A DNA stretch of 64,000 nt from an uncultured Gemmatimonadaceae bacterium (GCA_964584905.1 CAZPCC010000395.1:3079-67078), one strand, 5' to 3'. Shown: positions 19,901-28,882, counted from the stretch's first letter. The notes: generated from the sequence alone by a model not told the origin. Translations and numbers: made by a program.

Positions 19901-21004
19901 ATGCCGAGCAGATTCACGCGTCGCACGGTACTACTGACAGGTGTTCTTGCCTGCCTGCCATTGGCCAGTCCCGCTGCATCGCACGCGCAGCCGCTGTTCG
20001 CTGTTGGCGACGCGCCTCGGGTCAACGGGCTGCGGATCAACTTTCGCGATCGCCGGCTCGAAGAGGTGAACGGCGTCAACCTAACGATCTGGTCCCCCCA
20101 CCGGCCCGTTCGCGGCGAGGTCAATGGCCTGGCCATCGGGCTTCCGATGACCGGAGCGGCGCGGATCGATGGAATTGGAGTGGGTCTTTTCGGGGTGGAC
20201 GCCAGCGAGAGGTTCAGGGGAATCGGAATCGGCGGCGTTGGTGTCGGAGCCGGCGAATCGGCAACCGGCATCATGCTCGGCACCGTCGGTGTCGGGAGCG
20301 GCGGTACGGTCCGCGGGTTGGCGATAGGCGGAGTCGGGGTAGGGGCAGGAGGTGATCTTCGCGGCGTAATGATCGGCGGAATCGGCGCCGGAACGGGGGG
20401 GCGTGCAGAGGGGCTGCTCATCGGTGGAATCGGAGCGGGCGCCGGTGGCGGCGTGCGTGGGATCTCGCTGGGTGGGGTCGGCGTCGGATCCGGGGGGGAC
20501 GTGACGGGCATTTCCGTGGGTGGAATAGGAGTCGGGGCGGGCGGCCGGTTGCGCGGCCTTTCGATAGGCGGCGTTGGAGTCGGCGCTGGCGGGGGGATGT
20601 CGGGGATCACGATTGCCGGAGTTGGCGCGGGCAGCGGCGGCGATGTGACCGGCCTGACGATTGCCGGCATCGGGGTGGGGTCAGGCGGGACGATCAAATG
20701 GGTGACTATCGCCGGCGTTGGCATCGGCGCGCCGAGGATCGAGGGATTGGCGATCGCTCCCGCCGTGGGCGGACGCGAGGTCAGCGCCCTGGCAATCGCC
20801 CCGGCATTCTTTCGCATAGACGATCTGGGTATGCAACGCGGTGCGGTGCTGTCGGCGGTGAGCTACATCGAGGGAACCCAACACGGCCTGACGATTGGGA
20901 TCGTCAACTACACCCGGGTTCTCGAGGGCGTGCAGATAGGACTGATAAACATCGCCCGCGAGAATCCTCGCGGGCGGAGAGTCCTGCCGATCGTGAACTG
21001 GTAG
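19901..21004 (+). CDS. Secreted glycine-rich protein with about ten tandem 16-residue repeats
   Basis: Signal MPSRFTRRTVLLTGVLACLPLASPAASHAQ, then repeats of the type GLAIGGVGVGAGGDLR. The C-terminus reads HGLTIGIVNY..GVQIGLINIA..IVNW. Confidence 0.7.
   Translation: MPSRFTRRTVLLTGVLACLPLASPAASHAQPLFAVGDAPRVNGLRINFRDRRLEEVNGVNLTIWSPHRPVRGEVNGLAIGLPMTGAARIDGIGVGLFGVDASERFRGIGIGGVGVGAGESATGIMLGTVGVGSGGTVRGLAIGGVGVGAGGDLRGVMIGGIGAGTGGRAEGLLIGGIGAGAGGGVRGISLGGVGVGSGGDVTGISVGGIGVGAGGRLRGLSIGGVGVGAGGGMSGITIAGVGAGSGGDVTGLTIAGIGVGSGGTIKWVTIAGVGIGAPRIEGLAIAPAVGGREVSALAIAPAFFRIDDLGMQRGAVLSAVSYIEGTQHGLTIGIVNYTRVLEGVQIGLINIARENPRGRRVLPIVNW
20219..20698 (+). repeat. 48-nt (16-codon) tandem coding repeats, about 10 units
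   Basis: The periodicity shows in the translation: GIGIGGVGVGAGESAT / GIMLGTVGVGSGGTVR / GLAIGGVGVGAGGDLR and so on. Confidence 0.8.
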
Positions 21005-21061
21005 CGGCGAATCCGGCGTACGATCCGCTCGCTGCTCTTTTCCGACTCCGGCCGCGCTCGT

Positions 21062-22615
21062 TCAGGGGCTTCGCCGGTAGCCTTCAGGGAGTGTGAACGT
21101 CTCGTAAGGTACGGGATCGTCCGCCGGCACGGCGTACTGTGCCCGTAGCTTCGCTAGCCGCTCCTTCATGTCGGTAACCACCGAGGCGTAGGCGGGATCC
21201 GAGTACAAACTCCTCATCTCATTCGGGTCCCGCGTCAGATCGAACAGCTCCCATTGGTCGACCTCGTAATAGCGAATGAGCTTGTACCGAGCCGTTCTTA
21301 CGCCGTAGTGGCGGCGCACCATGTGCCATCCCGGATACTCGAAGTACTGGTAGTAGATCGCGTCGCGCCAATCGTCAGGCGTCTGTCCGCGGAGCAGGGG
21401 AACGAGACTCTCTCCCTGCATGGATGACGGCGCGCTCACTCCGGCCATCGCCAGAACCGTTTCGGCTAGATCCAGGTTCATCACCAGGTCGCGGTTCACC
21501 GAACCGGGTTGCACGGTTGCTGGCCAGCGAACGAGTAGCGGTGTGCGCAGCGACTCCTCGTACATCCAGCGCTTGTCGAACCAGCCATGATCTCCTAGAA
21601 AGAACCCCTGGTCCGACAGGTAGATCACGATCGTCTCGTCCTCGAGGCCTGTGCGTGACAACGCATCCAGAATGCGGCCCACGTTCGTGTCGATGCCGGC
21701 CAGCACACGCAGGTAATCGGTGATGTAACGCTGGTACTTCCACCGCGTGAGCGCATCTCCCGTGGGGCCCGCCGCACGAAACGCGGTGTTCTCTTCGGCG
21801 TAGCCTTCATCCCATTGCGCCTGCTGCTCCGGCGTTAGGCCGGCCGGAGCCTCCAGTTTGAGATCACGCGACATCAGATCGAGCGCAATCGTCATTTCCG
21901 GATCCGTTGCGCGGAAGACGCGACCCGATCCATCATCCCATAACGTGGCCGGCTCGGCTATCATCGTGTCGCGGTACATCCCCATCTGCTGAGGACCGGG
22001 ATCCCAGAACCGGTGCACTCCGTTGTAATGGACCAACATGAGAAACGGCTGGCTGGTATCGCCACGCGCCGCCAGCCACGTCAGCGCGCGGTCGGTAACT
22101 ACGTCAGAAGTGTAGCCGGAGTGCCTTACAGTGTCGGTCGCCGAGTGCAGCGGCGGGTTGTAGTACGGTCCCTGGCCAGCAAGGATCTCGTAATGATCGA
22201 ATCCGGACGGCTCTGCCTTGAGGTGCCACTTGCCGAAAAGTGCGGTCGCGTAGCCAGCATCACGCATCAATTTTGGAAATGTCGTGTGCGTGGGGTGCAG
22301 CGGCTCCCGATTGGTCATCACGCCGCTCAGGTGGCCGTATTGTCCGGTCAGCACCGCCGCCCGTGCGGGCGCGCAGATGGAGTTCGTCACGAACGCATTG
22401 GCGAACAGCATGCCGCTCGCGGCGAGGCGGTCGAGATTCGGCGTATCGGGGAGAGGTGCCCCATAGCTCAGGTGGGGGCGATAAGCCGACAGTGCGTGCG
22501 CGGCGTGGTCATCGTAAAGAATGAAAACGACATTGGGACGACGCTGCGCGGCGGCCACGGATGTCGCGGTGGCAGCGACGATCATCAGGAGCAGCAGGCG
22601 AATCGCAGAGGGCAT
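21062..22615 (-). CDS. Secreted sulfatase (formylglycine-dependent type)
   Basis: Signal MPSAIRLLLLMIVAATATSVAAA. PNVVFILYDD and the CxPxR signature in NSICAPARAAVLTG. The start is M117 of the tracked ORF. Confidence 0.85.
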   Translation of the reverse strand: MPSAIRLLLLMIVAATATSVAAAQRRPNVVFILYDDHAAHALSAYRPHLSYGAPLPDTPNLDRLAASGMLFANAFVTNSICAPARAAVLTGQYGHLSGVMTNREPLHPTHTTFPKLMRDAGYATALFGKWHLKAEPSGFDHYEILAGQGPYYNPPLHSATDTVRHSGYTSDVVTDRALTWLAARGDTSQPFLMLVHYNGVHRFWDPGPQQMGMYRDTMIAEPATLWDDGSGRVFRATDPEMTIALDLMSRDLKLEAPAGLTPEQQAQWDEGYAEENTAFRAAGPTGDALTRWKYQRYITDYLRVLAGIDTNVGRILDALSRTGLEDETIVIYLSDQGFFLGDHGWFDKRWMYEESLRTPLLVRWPATVQPGSVNRDLVMNLDLAETVLAMAGVSAPSSMQGESLVPLLRGQTPDDWRDAIYYQYFEYPGWHMVRRHYGVRTARYKLIRYYEVDQWELFDLTRDPNEMRSLYSDPAYASVVTDMKERLAKLRAQYAVPADDPVPYETFTLPEGYRRSP

Positions 22616-22828
22616 GAGTACTCCGGTGCGGACGTGAACGTGCGTGCGGCGAAGCTGCGTTCGAGCGGCAGAGACCGCAACCCTTTGCTCAGTTTGGTTG
22701 ATCAGCGTTCCAGCCTTCGAGGCGCAACAGCGCGGCCGCGAAGCTACACTTGCTTTCAGGGAACTCGACGATCGTGCAGTGCGTAGACATCGCAGCCACT
22801 CAGTGACCACCAACAAGCCGAAGCAGAT

Positions 22829-23779
22829 ATGCAACTGACCGGACTTCATCACGTGACCGCCATCTCGGCGCGTATTCGGGAGAATTACCGTTTCTACACC
22901 CAGACGCTTGGGATGCGGTTGGTAAAGCGCTCGGTAAATCAGGACGACGTGAGCGCCTACCACCTCTTTTACGCAGACGCGAAGGGGACGCCGGGAACCG
23001 ACCTCACGTTCTTCGACTGGCCGGTGCAGCCCGAGCGCCGGGGCACCAGGTCAATTGTGCGAACTCATCTGCGCGTCAGCGGGCTGGAAACGCTCGAGTG
23101 GTGGCGCCAGCATCTCGCCGAGCAGAATGTGCGCACCGGCCAGATCACAGAGCGGGACGGCCGCCTGACGCTGGACTTCGAGGATGGGGAAGGGCAGCGC
23201 CTGTCGCTCATCGATGATGGCGGTGCCGGCGATTCGCATCCATGGGCGAAGAGTCCGGTACCGTCGGAGCATCAGGTGCGCGGTCTCGGACCGATCGTGC
23301 TCAGCGTGCCACTGCTTCGGCCGACCGACGTCATGCTTCAGCGGGCTGTCGAGATGAGGCCAGTCCGCCAGTACGACCATCCAGAGCATGCTGGGCATCA
23401 GGTGCACGTCTATGAGATGGGTGCCGGCGGTCCGCACGCCGAGGTCCACGTGGCAGTGCTGCCCGATCTGCCACCGGCAGCGCAGGGAGCGGGCGGCGTG
23501 CACCATGTCGCCTTCCGCACACCGACATTCGAGGAGTACGAGGCGTGGGTGGATCGGCTGGCTGAGCTGAAGGTGCCTAACAGCGGGCCGGTGGACCGTT
23601 ACTGGTTCCGAAGCTTGTACTTTCGCGAGCCCAACGGAATTCTGTTCGAGATCGCTACCGACGGGCCCGGATTCGGTGTGGACGAGGATGAGGAGACGCT
23701 CGGCGAGAAGGTAGTGCTGGCGCCCTTTCTCGAGCCGGATCGCGAGCGGATCGTGGCCAACCTCGTGCCTATCGAGTGA
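22829..23779 (+). CDS. Two-domain VOC/glyoxalase-family ring-cleaving dioxygenase-like protein
   Basis: GLHHVTAISARIRENYRFYTQTLGMRLVKRSVNQDD is followed by a second VOC-like half (VHHVAFRT..YFREPNGILFEIATD). Confidence 0.75.
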   Translation: MQLTGLHHVTAISARIRENYRFYTQTLGMRLVKRSVNQDDVSAYHLFYADAKGTPGTDLTFFDWPVQPERRGTRSIVRTHLRVSGLETLEWWRQHLAEQNVRTGQITERDGRLTLDFEDGEGQRLSLIDDGGAGDSHPWAKSPVPSEHQVRGLGPIVLSVPLLRPTDVMLQRAVEMRPVRQYDHPEHAGHQVHVYEMGAGGPHAEVHVAVLPDLPPAAQGAGGVHHVAFRTPTFEEYEAWVDRLAELKVPNSGPVDRYWFRSLYFREPNGILFEIATDGPGFGVDEDEETLGEKVVLAPFLEPDRERIVANLVPIE

Positions 23780-24198
23780 CCGACGCGCGAAGGATCGCCG
23801 GCGGGCATTCCTCGCGAGCCTCTTTGACGAGGATGCTCGCGCGAGCAGCGCTGTTGCGGTGTCCAAATTGTGGCGCGCGCGGTATCCTGCGCCACTGGTT
23901 CAAGATGAGTGACGCCTGTCCGGCGTGCGGTCTCACGCTCGATCGCGGAGAGTCGTCGGACTTCTGGCTGGGTGCGTATGCCTTGAACCTGGTGGTTGCC
24001 GAACTGATCACCGTCATTGCTATCGTAGTGTGGATAGTGAGCGTGTGGCCAAGCGTTCCATGGACAGCGGTGCAGTGGGTGGCGGTGATTCTCGCCGGCG
24101 GGATGCCTTTGCTGTTCTTTCCATTCGCCCGGACGTTATGGCTCGCGTTCGACCTTGGCATACGAGAGTCGGAGCCGGGCGACGTTCGTCGATCGTGA
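23776..24198 (+). CDS. DUF983-like zinc-ribbon membrane protein
   Basis: CPNCG..x..CPACG is followed by two hydrophobic helices. The start overlaps the upstream stop. Confidence 0.6.
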   Translation: MTDARRIAGGHSSRASLTRMLARAALLRCPNCGARGILRHWFKMSDACPACGLTLDRGESSDFWLGAYALNLVVAELITVIAIVVWIVSVWPSVPWTAVQWVAVILAGGMPLLFFPFARTLWLAFDLGIRESEPGDVRRS

Positions 24199-24460
24199 CT
24201 CGCGATTCTGGCGGCGTACGCCGTTCGAGGATTGCAACTGCCTTCTACCGCGGAGGGCGCGGAGGGGCGCCGAGCACTGCCGAGGAACTGGTGCGAGGGG
24301 GTAGGGAGCTGTGAGGCGTCAGGGTTTCTCTGCGTTTTCTTACCACCGAGGACACAGAGGACACAGAGGGCAGCAGGAATGAACAACAGAGAAAAGACTA
24401 TGCAAAAAGAGAAACAGTAATAGGATCAAGAACATGCTCGCGCTATGTAGTTAGGCACGG
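24157..24460. repeat. Copy 1 of a ~300-bp repeat; it begins inside the last 13 codons of the DUF983 gene
   Basis: It aligns by eye along its full length with 37735..38034. Shared blocks include cggagccgggcgacgttcgtcgatcgtgactc, gaggattgcaactgc, ctaccgcggagggcgcggaggggcgc, ggtgcgagggggtagggagc, gtgaggcgtcagggtttctctgcgtttt, gaggacacagaggacacagagg and cgcgctatgtagttagg. Confidence 0.9.
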
Positions 24461-24616
24461 TTGTCGATGATCGCGCGGTCATTGTGAGCGCGGTGGGTGA
24501 GGCGCTCGAGCGCGGCTGAACGCCCATGAGCCCCGATGAGGAGCAGGCAACCACAGCCGGGGCGGGGCCAGCGGGAACAGGAGCGAATGTTCCTCACGAG
24601 TCTGAGTGTTTTGGGC

Positions 24617-24645
24617 TTGCCGTATGCGATCCCCGAGCACAGAAT
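24617..24645 (+). promoter_or_regulatory. Candidate sigma-70-like promoter (TTGCCG-N17-CAGAAT) of LTD-lipoprotein gene A
   Basis: The same hexamers and the same 17-nt spacing occur upstream of all three paralogs. Confidence 0.4.
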
Positions 24646-24713
24646 GGGATGAGGAGATCTCGGGTCCCGGACTGGAGACTCGGAGCCCCGCCACTGCAGA
24701 GAGAGGTTCGGCC

Positions 24714-26063
24714 ATGCTCGATACCCGCCGCATATCGTACGACAGCGTCAAGCTTCGCACGCGCGGGGGTCGGCCGGTGGCGTTTCTCCTTGCACTCGCG
24801 ATCGCCGCCGGGTGTTCAAGCGAGACCTCGCTGGTGGATCCCGGTCGCGATGATACGACCGGTGGGGGCGGGGTGGTGCAACGCGTGCACCTAACGATTA
24901 CCGTCAGCGTCGCTGCGGCCGACGTGGCGGTAGCGACTGCGATCGGCTCGCCAGGCGGCGTCCTTTCCGGAGCCACGGTTGTTGCTCAGCGCACAGGAGC
25001 GGCCGACTCGGTGGTGGCGCAGAGCAACGCCAGCGGGATCGTTCAGTTCTCCAACGTGTTGGCGGGGACGTATACGATTTCGGTCATGCGGCTCCTGAGT
25101 GACACGGAGCGTGCGCAACTCGCTCCTAACGACGCGGATGTGACCGCGTTCGGCGGCGGGGCGCAGGTCAATGCCCAGGCGAGCGAGGGCGGTACGCCGA
25201 CCGTGGCGGTCACGGTACCGACGGTTGCGGGCCGGCGAGGCTCGTTGGTCATTAGTGAGCTGTATGCCCACGCGGCTGCGATTCCGGGAAGCGAGACGTA
25301 CGTGACGGGCGACTATGTCGAGCTGTACAACAACAGCGACAGCACCATCTATCTCGATGGGAAGGTGGTCGGGAGAGGAATAAGCTGGCTCAGAGATTAC
25401 GTGGGCTCACCGCGCACTTGCGCTGACATGGAGCAGTGGCGGACCGACAGCCAGGGGATCTGGAGTGCCTTCTTCTACCGCTTCCCTGGAGCAGGGCAAA
25501 CCCATCCTCTCCAACCAGGTCACGCGGTGGTGGTCGCCACGGACGCGATCGATCACCGGCAGTACCTATCTGCCTTACAGGACCTTTCTGGCGCGGACTT
25601 TGAGTTTGTGGGGCCGAGTGATGTAGACAACCCGAGCGTGCCGAATATGGTGAACATCGGCCTGCGCGAGTGGAGCGCAAGCCTCTTCGGCCACGGTCTG
25701 TACTTCAACACCATCAACATCATCGTGTTCGTCGCGGATTCCTTGGATCCGACGACACTCGTGCACGATAACCTGCCGGTTGTCAATCCTGATCACGTCC
25801 GCATACCGGGATCGAAGGTACTGGACGTCTTCACGAGCGTAATGGTACCGGCGCTCGAGGCGACCCTAACGTCGCCCTGTTCCGAGCTCGTGAATCCGGA
25901 GTTCGATCGTGCCTATTCCGGATTGCTGGACCAGGATCCCACGCACACGATCAGACGTCGCGCGCTGACTCAAGCTTCATCTGGCCAGTTGGTGCTTCAG
26001 CGAACGAAGACGAGCTCGCGGGATTTCGCCTTCGGGTCACCCTCACCCGGACAGGTGCCATAG
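24714..26063 (+). CDS. Lipoprotein paralog A: CarboxypepD_reg-like beta-sandwich plus lamin-tail-like domain (LTD)
   Basis: Lipobox LALAIAAGC. ATVVAQRTGAADSVVAQSNASGIVQFSNVLAGTYTISV. LTD-like GSLVISELYAH..GDYVELYNNSDSTIYLDGKVVG. I chose the ATG at 24714. Confidence 0.6.
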   Translation: MLDTRRISYDSVKLRTRGGRPVAFLLALAIAAGCSSETSLVDPGRDDTTGGGGVVQRVHLTITVSVAAADVAVATAIGSPGGVLSGATVVAQRTGAADSVVAQSNASGIVQFSNVLAGTYTISVMRLLSDTERAQLAPNDADVTAFGGGAQVNAQASEGGTPTVAVTVPTVAGRRGSLVISELYAHAAAIPGSETYVTGDYVELYNNSDSTIYLDGKVVGRGISWLRDYVGSPRTCADMEQWRTDSQGIWSAFFYRFPGAGQTHPLQPGHAVVVATDAIDHRQYLSALQDLSGADFEFVGPSDVDNPSVPNMVNIGLREWSASLFGHGLYFNTINIIVFVADSLDPTTLVHDNLPVVNPDHVRIPGSKVLDVFTSVMVPALEATLTSPCSELVNPEFDRAYSGLLDQDPTHTIRRRALTQASSGQLVLQRTKTSSRDFAFGSPSPGQVP

Positions 26064-26267
26064 CCCTCGGAATTTCTAGCTGTACGCCGATCGGCAAAGC
26101 TCAGGGCCGAGGTTGCGATTCAGGCAAGCGGCGCGACAGGCGGTGCATTGCGACGACCCGTCACCAGTCGCTCCTGCGCCCCCGCGCCATGAGCATCGAT
26201 ACGATAGGCGGATGAGGGCCAGCGGATAAAGATCGTATGTTCCTTCACGCATTCAACGGGTTCTGGC

Positions 26268-26296
26268 TTGCCGTCCTCGGTTCCCGCACGCAGAAT
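26268..26296 (+). promoter_or_regulatory. Candidate promoter (TTGCCG-N17-CAGAAT) of LTD-lipoprotein gene B
   Basis: Conserved with 24617..24645 and 29386..29414. A leader containing the CGAGATCTCG palindrome follows. Confidence 0.4.
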
Positions 26297-26363
26297 AGGG
26301 TAACGAGATCTCGGGTCCCGAACGGAGAATCGGGGACGCGGCCCATCGCAGAGAGTTCCACCA

Positions 26364-27716
26364 ATGCCCTCCATATACGACGCGGATCCGTACGACAGCG
26401 CGAGTCGCCGCCCGCGCGCGTGGCGGCCTCTGGCGTTTCTCCTCGCACTCGTGATTGCTACGGGGTGTTCGAGCGAGACGTCGCTCGTGGATCCCGGGCC
26501 TGACGATACGACCGGTGGGGGCGGGACGGTGCAGCGCGTGAATCTCGCGATCACGGTCCGGGTCCACGCGGCGGACGTCCCCGTGGCGGCGGCGATCGGG
26601 TCGCCAGGCGGGGTGTTGTCAGGAGCGACCGTCGTCGTGCGGCGCGTCGGTGCGGCCGATTCGCTCGTGGCCCAGAGCGACGCCAGCGGGGCCGTCCAGT
26701 TCTCGAACGTGTTGGCGGGAACCTACACGGTCTCCGTAGTGCGACTCCTCAGCGACACGGAGCGAGCGCAACTCGATTCTAGCGATGCGGACGTGATGGC
26801 GTTTGGGGGTGGGGGGCAGGTGGGTGCGCAGGCTAGCGGGGGCGGCACGCCAACGGTGGCGGTAAATGTCCCGACGGTAGCGGGTCGGCGCGGATCGCTG
26901 GTGATCAGCGAGCTCTGGGCACATGCGCCATCGCTTCCCGCAGGTGGATTCTACTCCACGGGCGACTACATCGAGCTGTATAACAATAGCGACACAATCA
27001 TCTTCCTCGATGGGAAGGTGGTTGGCGTTGCGCAAGGCTTCTACCGAGACCACATCGGTACCGATCACGACTGTGCTGCAATGGCGCAGTGGCGGCTGGA
27101 TCCGGAGGGCATCTGGAGCGCCTATTTCTATCGGTTTCCGGGTGGAGGTCAGGCTTATCCTCTCGCGCCGGGACAAGCAGCGGTTGTGGCCACCGACGCC
27201 ATCGATCACCGCCAGTACTTGTCGACGCTCCAAAATCTCTCGGGAGCCGACTTTGAGTTTGTAGGGCCAAGCGACGTCGACAATCCCAGCGTGCCGAACA
27301 TGGTGAACATAGGCCTACGCGAGTACAACGCCACGAACATCGGCCATGGACTCTACTTCAACAACATCGATCAAGTGGCGTTTATCGCAGATTCAGTCGA
27401 CACAGCGGCACTCGTACATGACAACTTGCCAGTCAACAACCCCGAACACGTCCGTATGCCGCGCGATAAGCTGCTCGATGTCTTCACGACGATCATGACG
27501 CCGGCACTAGAGGCTACCGTTACGCCGCCGTGTGCCCAGCTGGTTCACGCGGAGATCGATCGCGCACACGCCCAGTTGCTCGACTACAACACAGTCGATG
27601 CCATTCGGCGTCGAATGCTGTTCGTGGCTCCCTCTGGTCACCCGGTGTTGCAACGCACGAAAACGAGCGCAAGGGATTTTACTACCGGAGCACCGTCACC
27701 GGGGCAGGTACCCTAG
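26364..27716 (+). CDS. Lipoprotein paralog B: CarboxypepD_reg-like plus lamin-tail-like domain
   Basis: Lipobox LALVIATGC and GSLVISELWAH..GDYIELYNNSDTIIFLDGKVVG. Paralogous to A and C along its whole length. Confidence 0.6.
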   Translation: MPSIYDADPYDSASRRPRAWRPLAFLLALVIATGCSSETSLVDPGPDDTTGGGGTVQRVNLAITVRVHAADVPVAAAIGSPGGVLSGATVVVRRVGAADSLVAQSDASGAVQFSNVLAGTYTVSVVRLLSDTERAQLDSSDADVMAFGGGGQVGAQASGGGTPTVAVNVPTVAGRRGSLVISELWAHAPSLPAGGFYSTGDYIELYNNSDTIIFLDGKVVGVAQGFYRDHIGTDHDCAAMAQWRLDPEGIWSAYFYRFPGGGQAYPLAPGQAAVVATDAIDHRQYLSTLQNLSGADFEFVGPSDVDNPSVPNMVNIGLREYNATNIGHGLYFNNIDQVAFIADSVDTAALVHDNLPVNNPEHVRMPRDKLLDVFTTIMTPALEATVTPPCAQLVHAEIDRAHAQLLDYNTVDAIRRRMLFVAPSGHPVLQRTKTSARDFTTGAPSPGQVP

Positions 27717-27912
27717 CGCGTGGCATGAGGCTCTGGCGAACTACCTGCCTGAGCATCAGTTCTTGATGGCGGCTCACTTGAGGCCGATGTGGTGGCGCGA
27801 CAGACTCGATGATTTCCCAAACTGACATTCAGCCCACCAGTCCGTGCGGTGCGCTGGTGGCCTCGGTGCTGCAACAAGAGCTACGCCTATTCCGGTCTCG
27901 TCAACATTGAGG

Positions 27913-28139
27913 CTAGGAACAGAGGCAAGCATTCCCTGCTGTGCATGTCCCGACGTCGTAATCGAGGAACTCGCAGCAGTCCTGACACTCCTGCATCGAG
28001 AAGCACATGGGGTAATTCTCGCAGACCCTCACAGCGTGTACTCGAGTCGCGGCAAGTGCTTCGCGCGCTCCGAAGCCAAGGATACCACAACAGTGGCTAA
28101 TAGAACTGCTCGCAAAGCCCGAGTCATGAACGGCTGCAT
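27913..28139 (-). pseudogene. Defensin-like 8-Cys secreted peptide gene, copy 1, with a 1-nt frameshift in the signal-peptide region
   Basis: SD GGAGGG precedes ATGCAG at 28139. The span to the TAG at 27913 is 227 nt, against 228 nt in the intact paralog. Frame 1 reads MQPFMTRALRAVLLATVVV. The frame then shifts near 28083-28090 to GILGFGAREALAATRVHAVRVCENYPMCFSMQECQDCCEFLDYDVGTCTAGNACLCS*. Confidence 0.6.
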
Positions 28140-28193
28140 TCTGCCCTCCGTGGAAATAGGAAGAAGAACGGTTGATACGGAACGAGCGACGCG

Positions 28194-28826
28194 CTACGGA
28201 ACTGAGGTCCCTGTGGCAATGAACAAGGAGTCGGAACTAATCTCGGGAGCGGTTCGAACCGCCTGCAACACAGAGTCGATAGCACGTTCCGTGGTGAGTG
28301 CACCCATGCGCGCATGCAGCACATTCCCCTGCTCGCCCACGACGAATGTCGTTGGCACCGACTTGGCGCGATACAACGCACGCAGGCGCGGGTCTGCGAG
28401 TTCGATCACGGGGAACGTAAATCCGATTCGGCGCAACGAGTCCGTCGGCGGGAGAATTGAATCCAGCGAGATCCCGATCACCTCTGCCTCGCCCGACGCA
28501 CGAAGCGTATCCGCCAAATAGTGCCACGCGGGTAGCGTTTGCCGGCAGAACCCGCAGGTGGTCGTGAAGAAGAGGAGTACCTGTCGTCCTCCGCTTGGCG
28601 GATCGCCGATCGTAACGGTGTCCCGGGCAAGCGTCATCGCCTTGACGGCCGGGACGACCATACCGGCGTAAGGCAAGAACGCACGCCGCTCAAGGACCAC
28701 GATGCGATCTCGCATGCCGCGCGACTGTGCACCCAGCACGGCGACCAGCGCGAGCGCGCCAGCCAAGGCGAACGGAAGGACATAGCGAGCGGCGCCGGCA
28801 GCGGCGGCCCGTACGGATCGCACCAT
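28194..28826 (-). CDS. Membrane-anchored TlpA/ResA-like thioredoxin-fold thiol:disulfide oxidoreductase, copy 1
   Basis: N-terminal anchor YVLPFALAGALALVAVLGA, CxxC in FFTTTCGFCRQTLPAW, and the cis-Pro region KSVPTTFVV. The ATG at 28826 follows GGAAGGTGGG. Confidence 0.75.
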   Translation of the reverse strand: MVRSVRAAAAGAARYVLPFALAGALALVAVLGAQSRGMRDRIVVLERRAFLPYAGMVVPAVKAMTLARDTVTIGDPPSGGRQVLLFFTTTCGFCRQTLPAWHYLADTLRASGEAEVIGISLDSILPPTDSLRRIGFTFPVIELADPRLRALYRAKSVPTTFVVGEQGNVLHARMGALTTERAIDSVLQAVRTAPEISSDSLFIATGTSVP

Positions 28827-28853
28827 GGACCCACCTTCCGAGGAGGGGGAACC

Positions 28854-28882
28854 ATTATAGGATCGATTCCCAGTTCGCGCAA
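28854..28882 (-). promoter_or_regulatory. Candidate promoter TTGCGC-N17-TATAAT for the tlpA-like/peptide operon, copy 1
   Basis: On the minus strand: ttgcgc gaactgggaatcgatcc tataat. It lies about 28 nt upstream of the chosen ATG and is conserved in copy 2. Confidence 0.5.

Noticed and set aside
19615-20817. A 400-aa Pro/Thr-rich ORF on the minus strand.
   Set aside because: It is the antisense reading of the Gly-rich (GGN-rich) repeat gene. It has no start context or signal of its own. The plus-strand gene has a signal peptide and coherent repeats.
24341-24368. A possible CRISPR or other spacer-repeat array suggested by the short tandem repeats (GAGGACACA 9-mers here and at 37919-37946; heptamers at 3294 and 44133).
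   Set aside because: The units are 7-9 nt and directly abutting, with no unique spacers of 25-40 nt. No cas genes are present in the window.
23769-24386. Minus-strand ORFs running through the two ~300-bp repeats (23769..24386 and 37600..37950) that share KKTQRNPDAS(Q/R)LPTPSHQ.
   Set aside because: The shared residues merely reflect the DNA repeat. The two translations diverge through indels right after the conserved DNA blocks, and one overlaps the DUF983 gene. I treat the element as non-coding.
27844-28521. A 225-aa plus-strand ORF, plus the 27887..28090 minus-strand ORF, across the peptide-1/tlpA-1 region.
   Set aside because: They lie antisense to or out of frame with the TlpA-like gene and the Cys-rich peptide frame. 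Only the frames I chose are conserved with the second copy (31631-32547).
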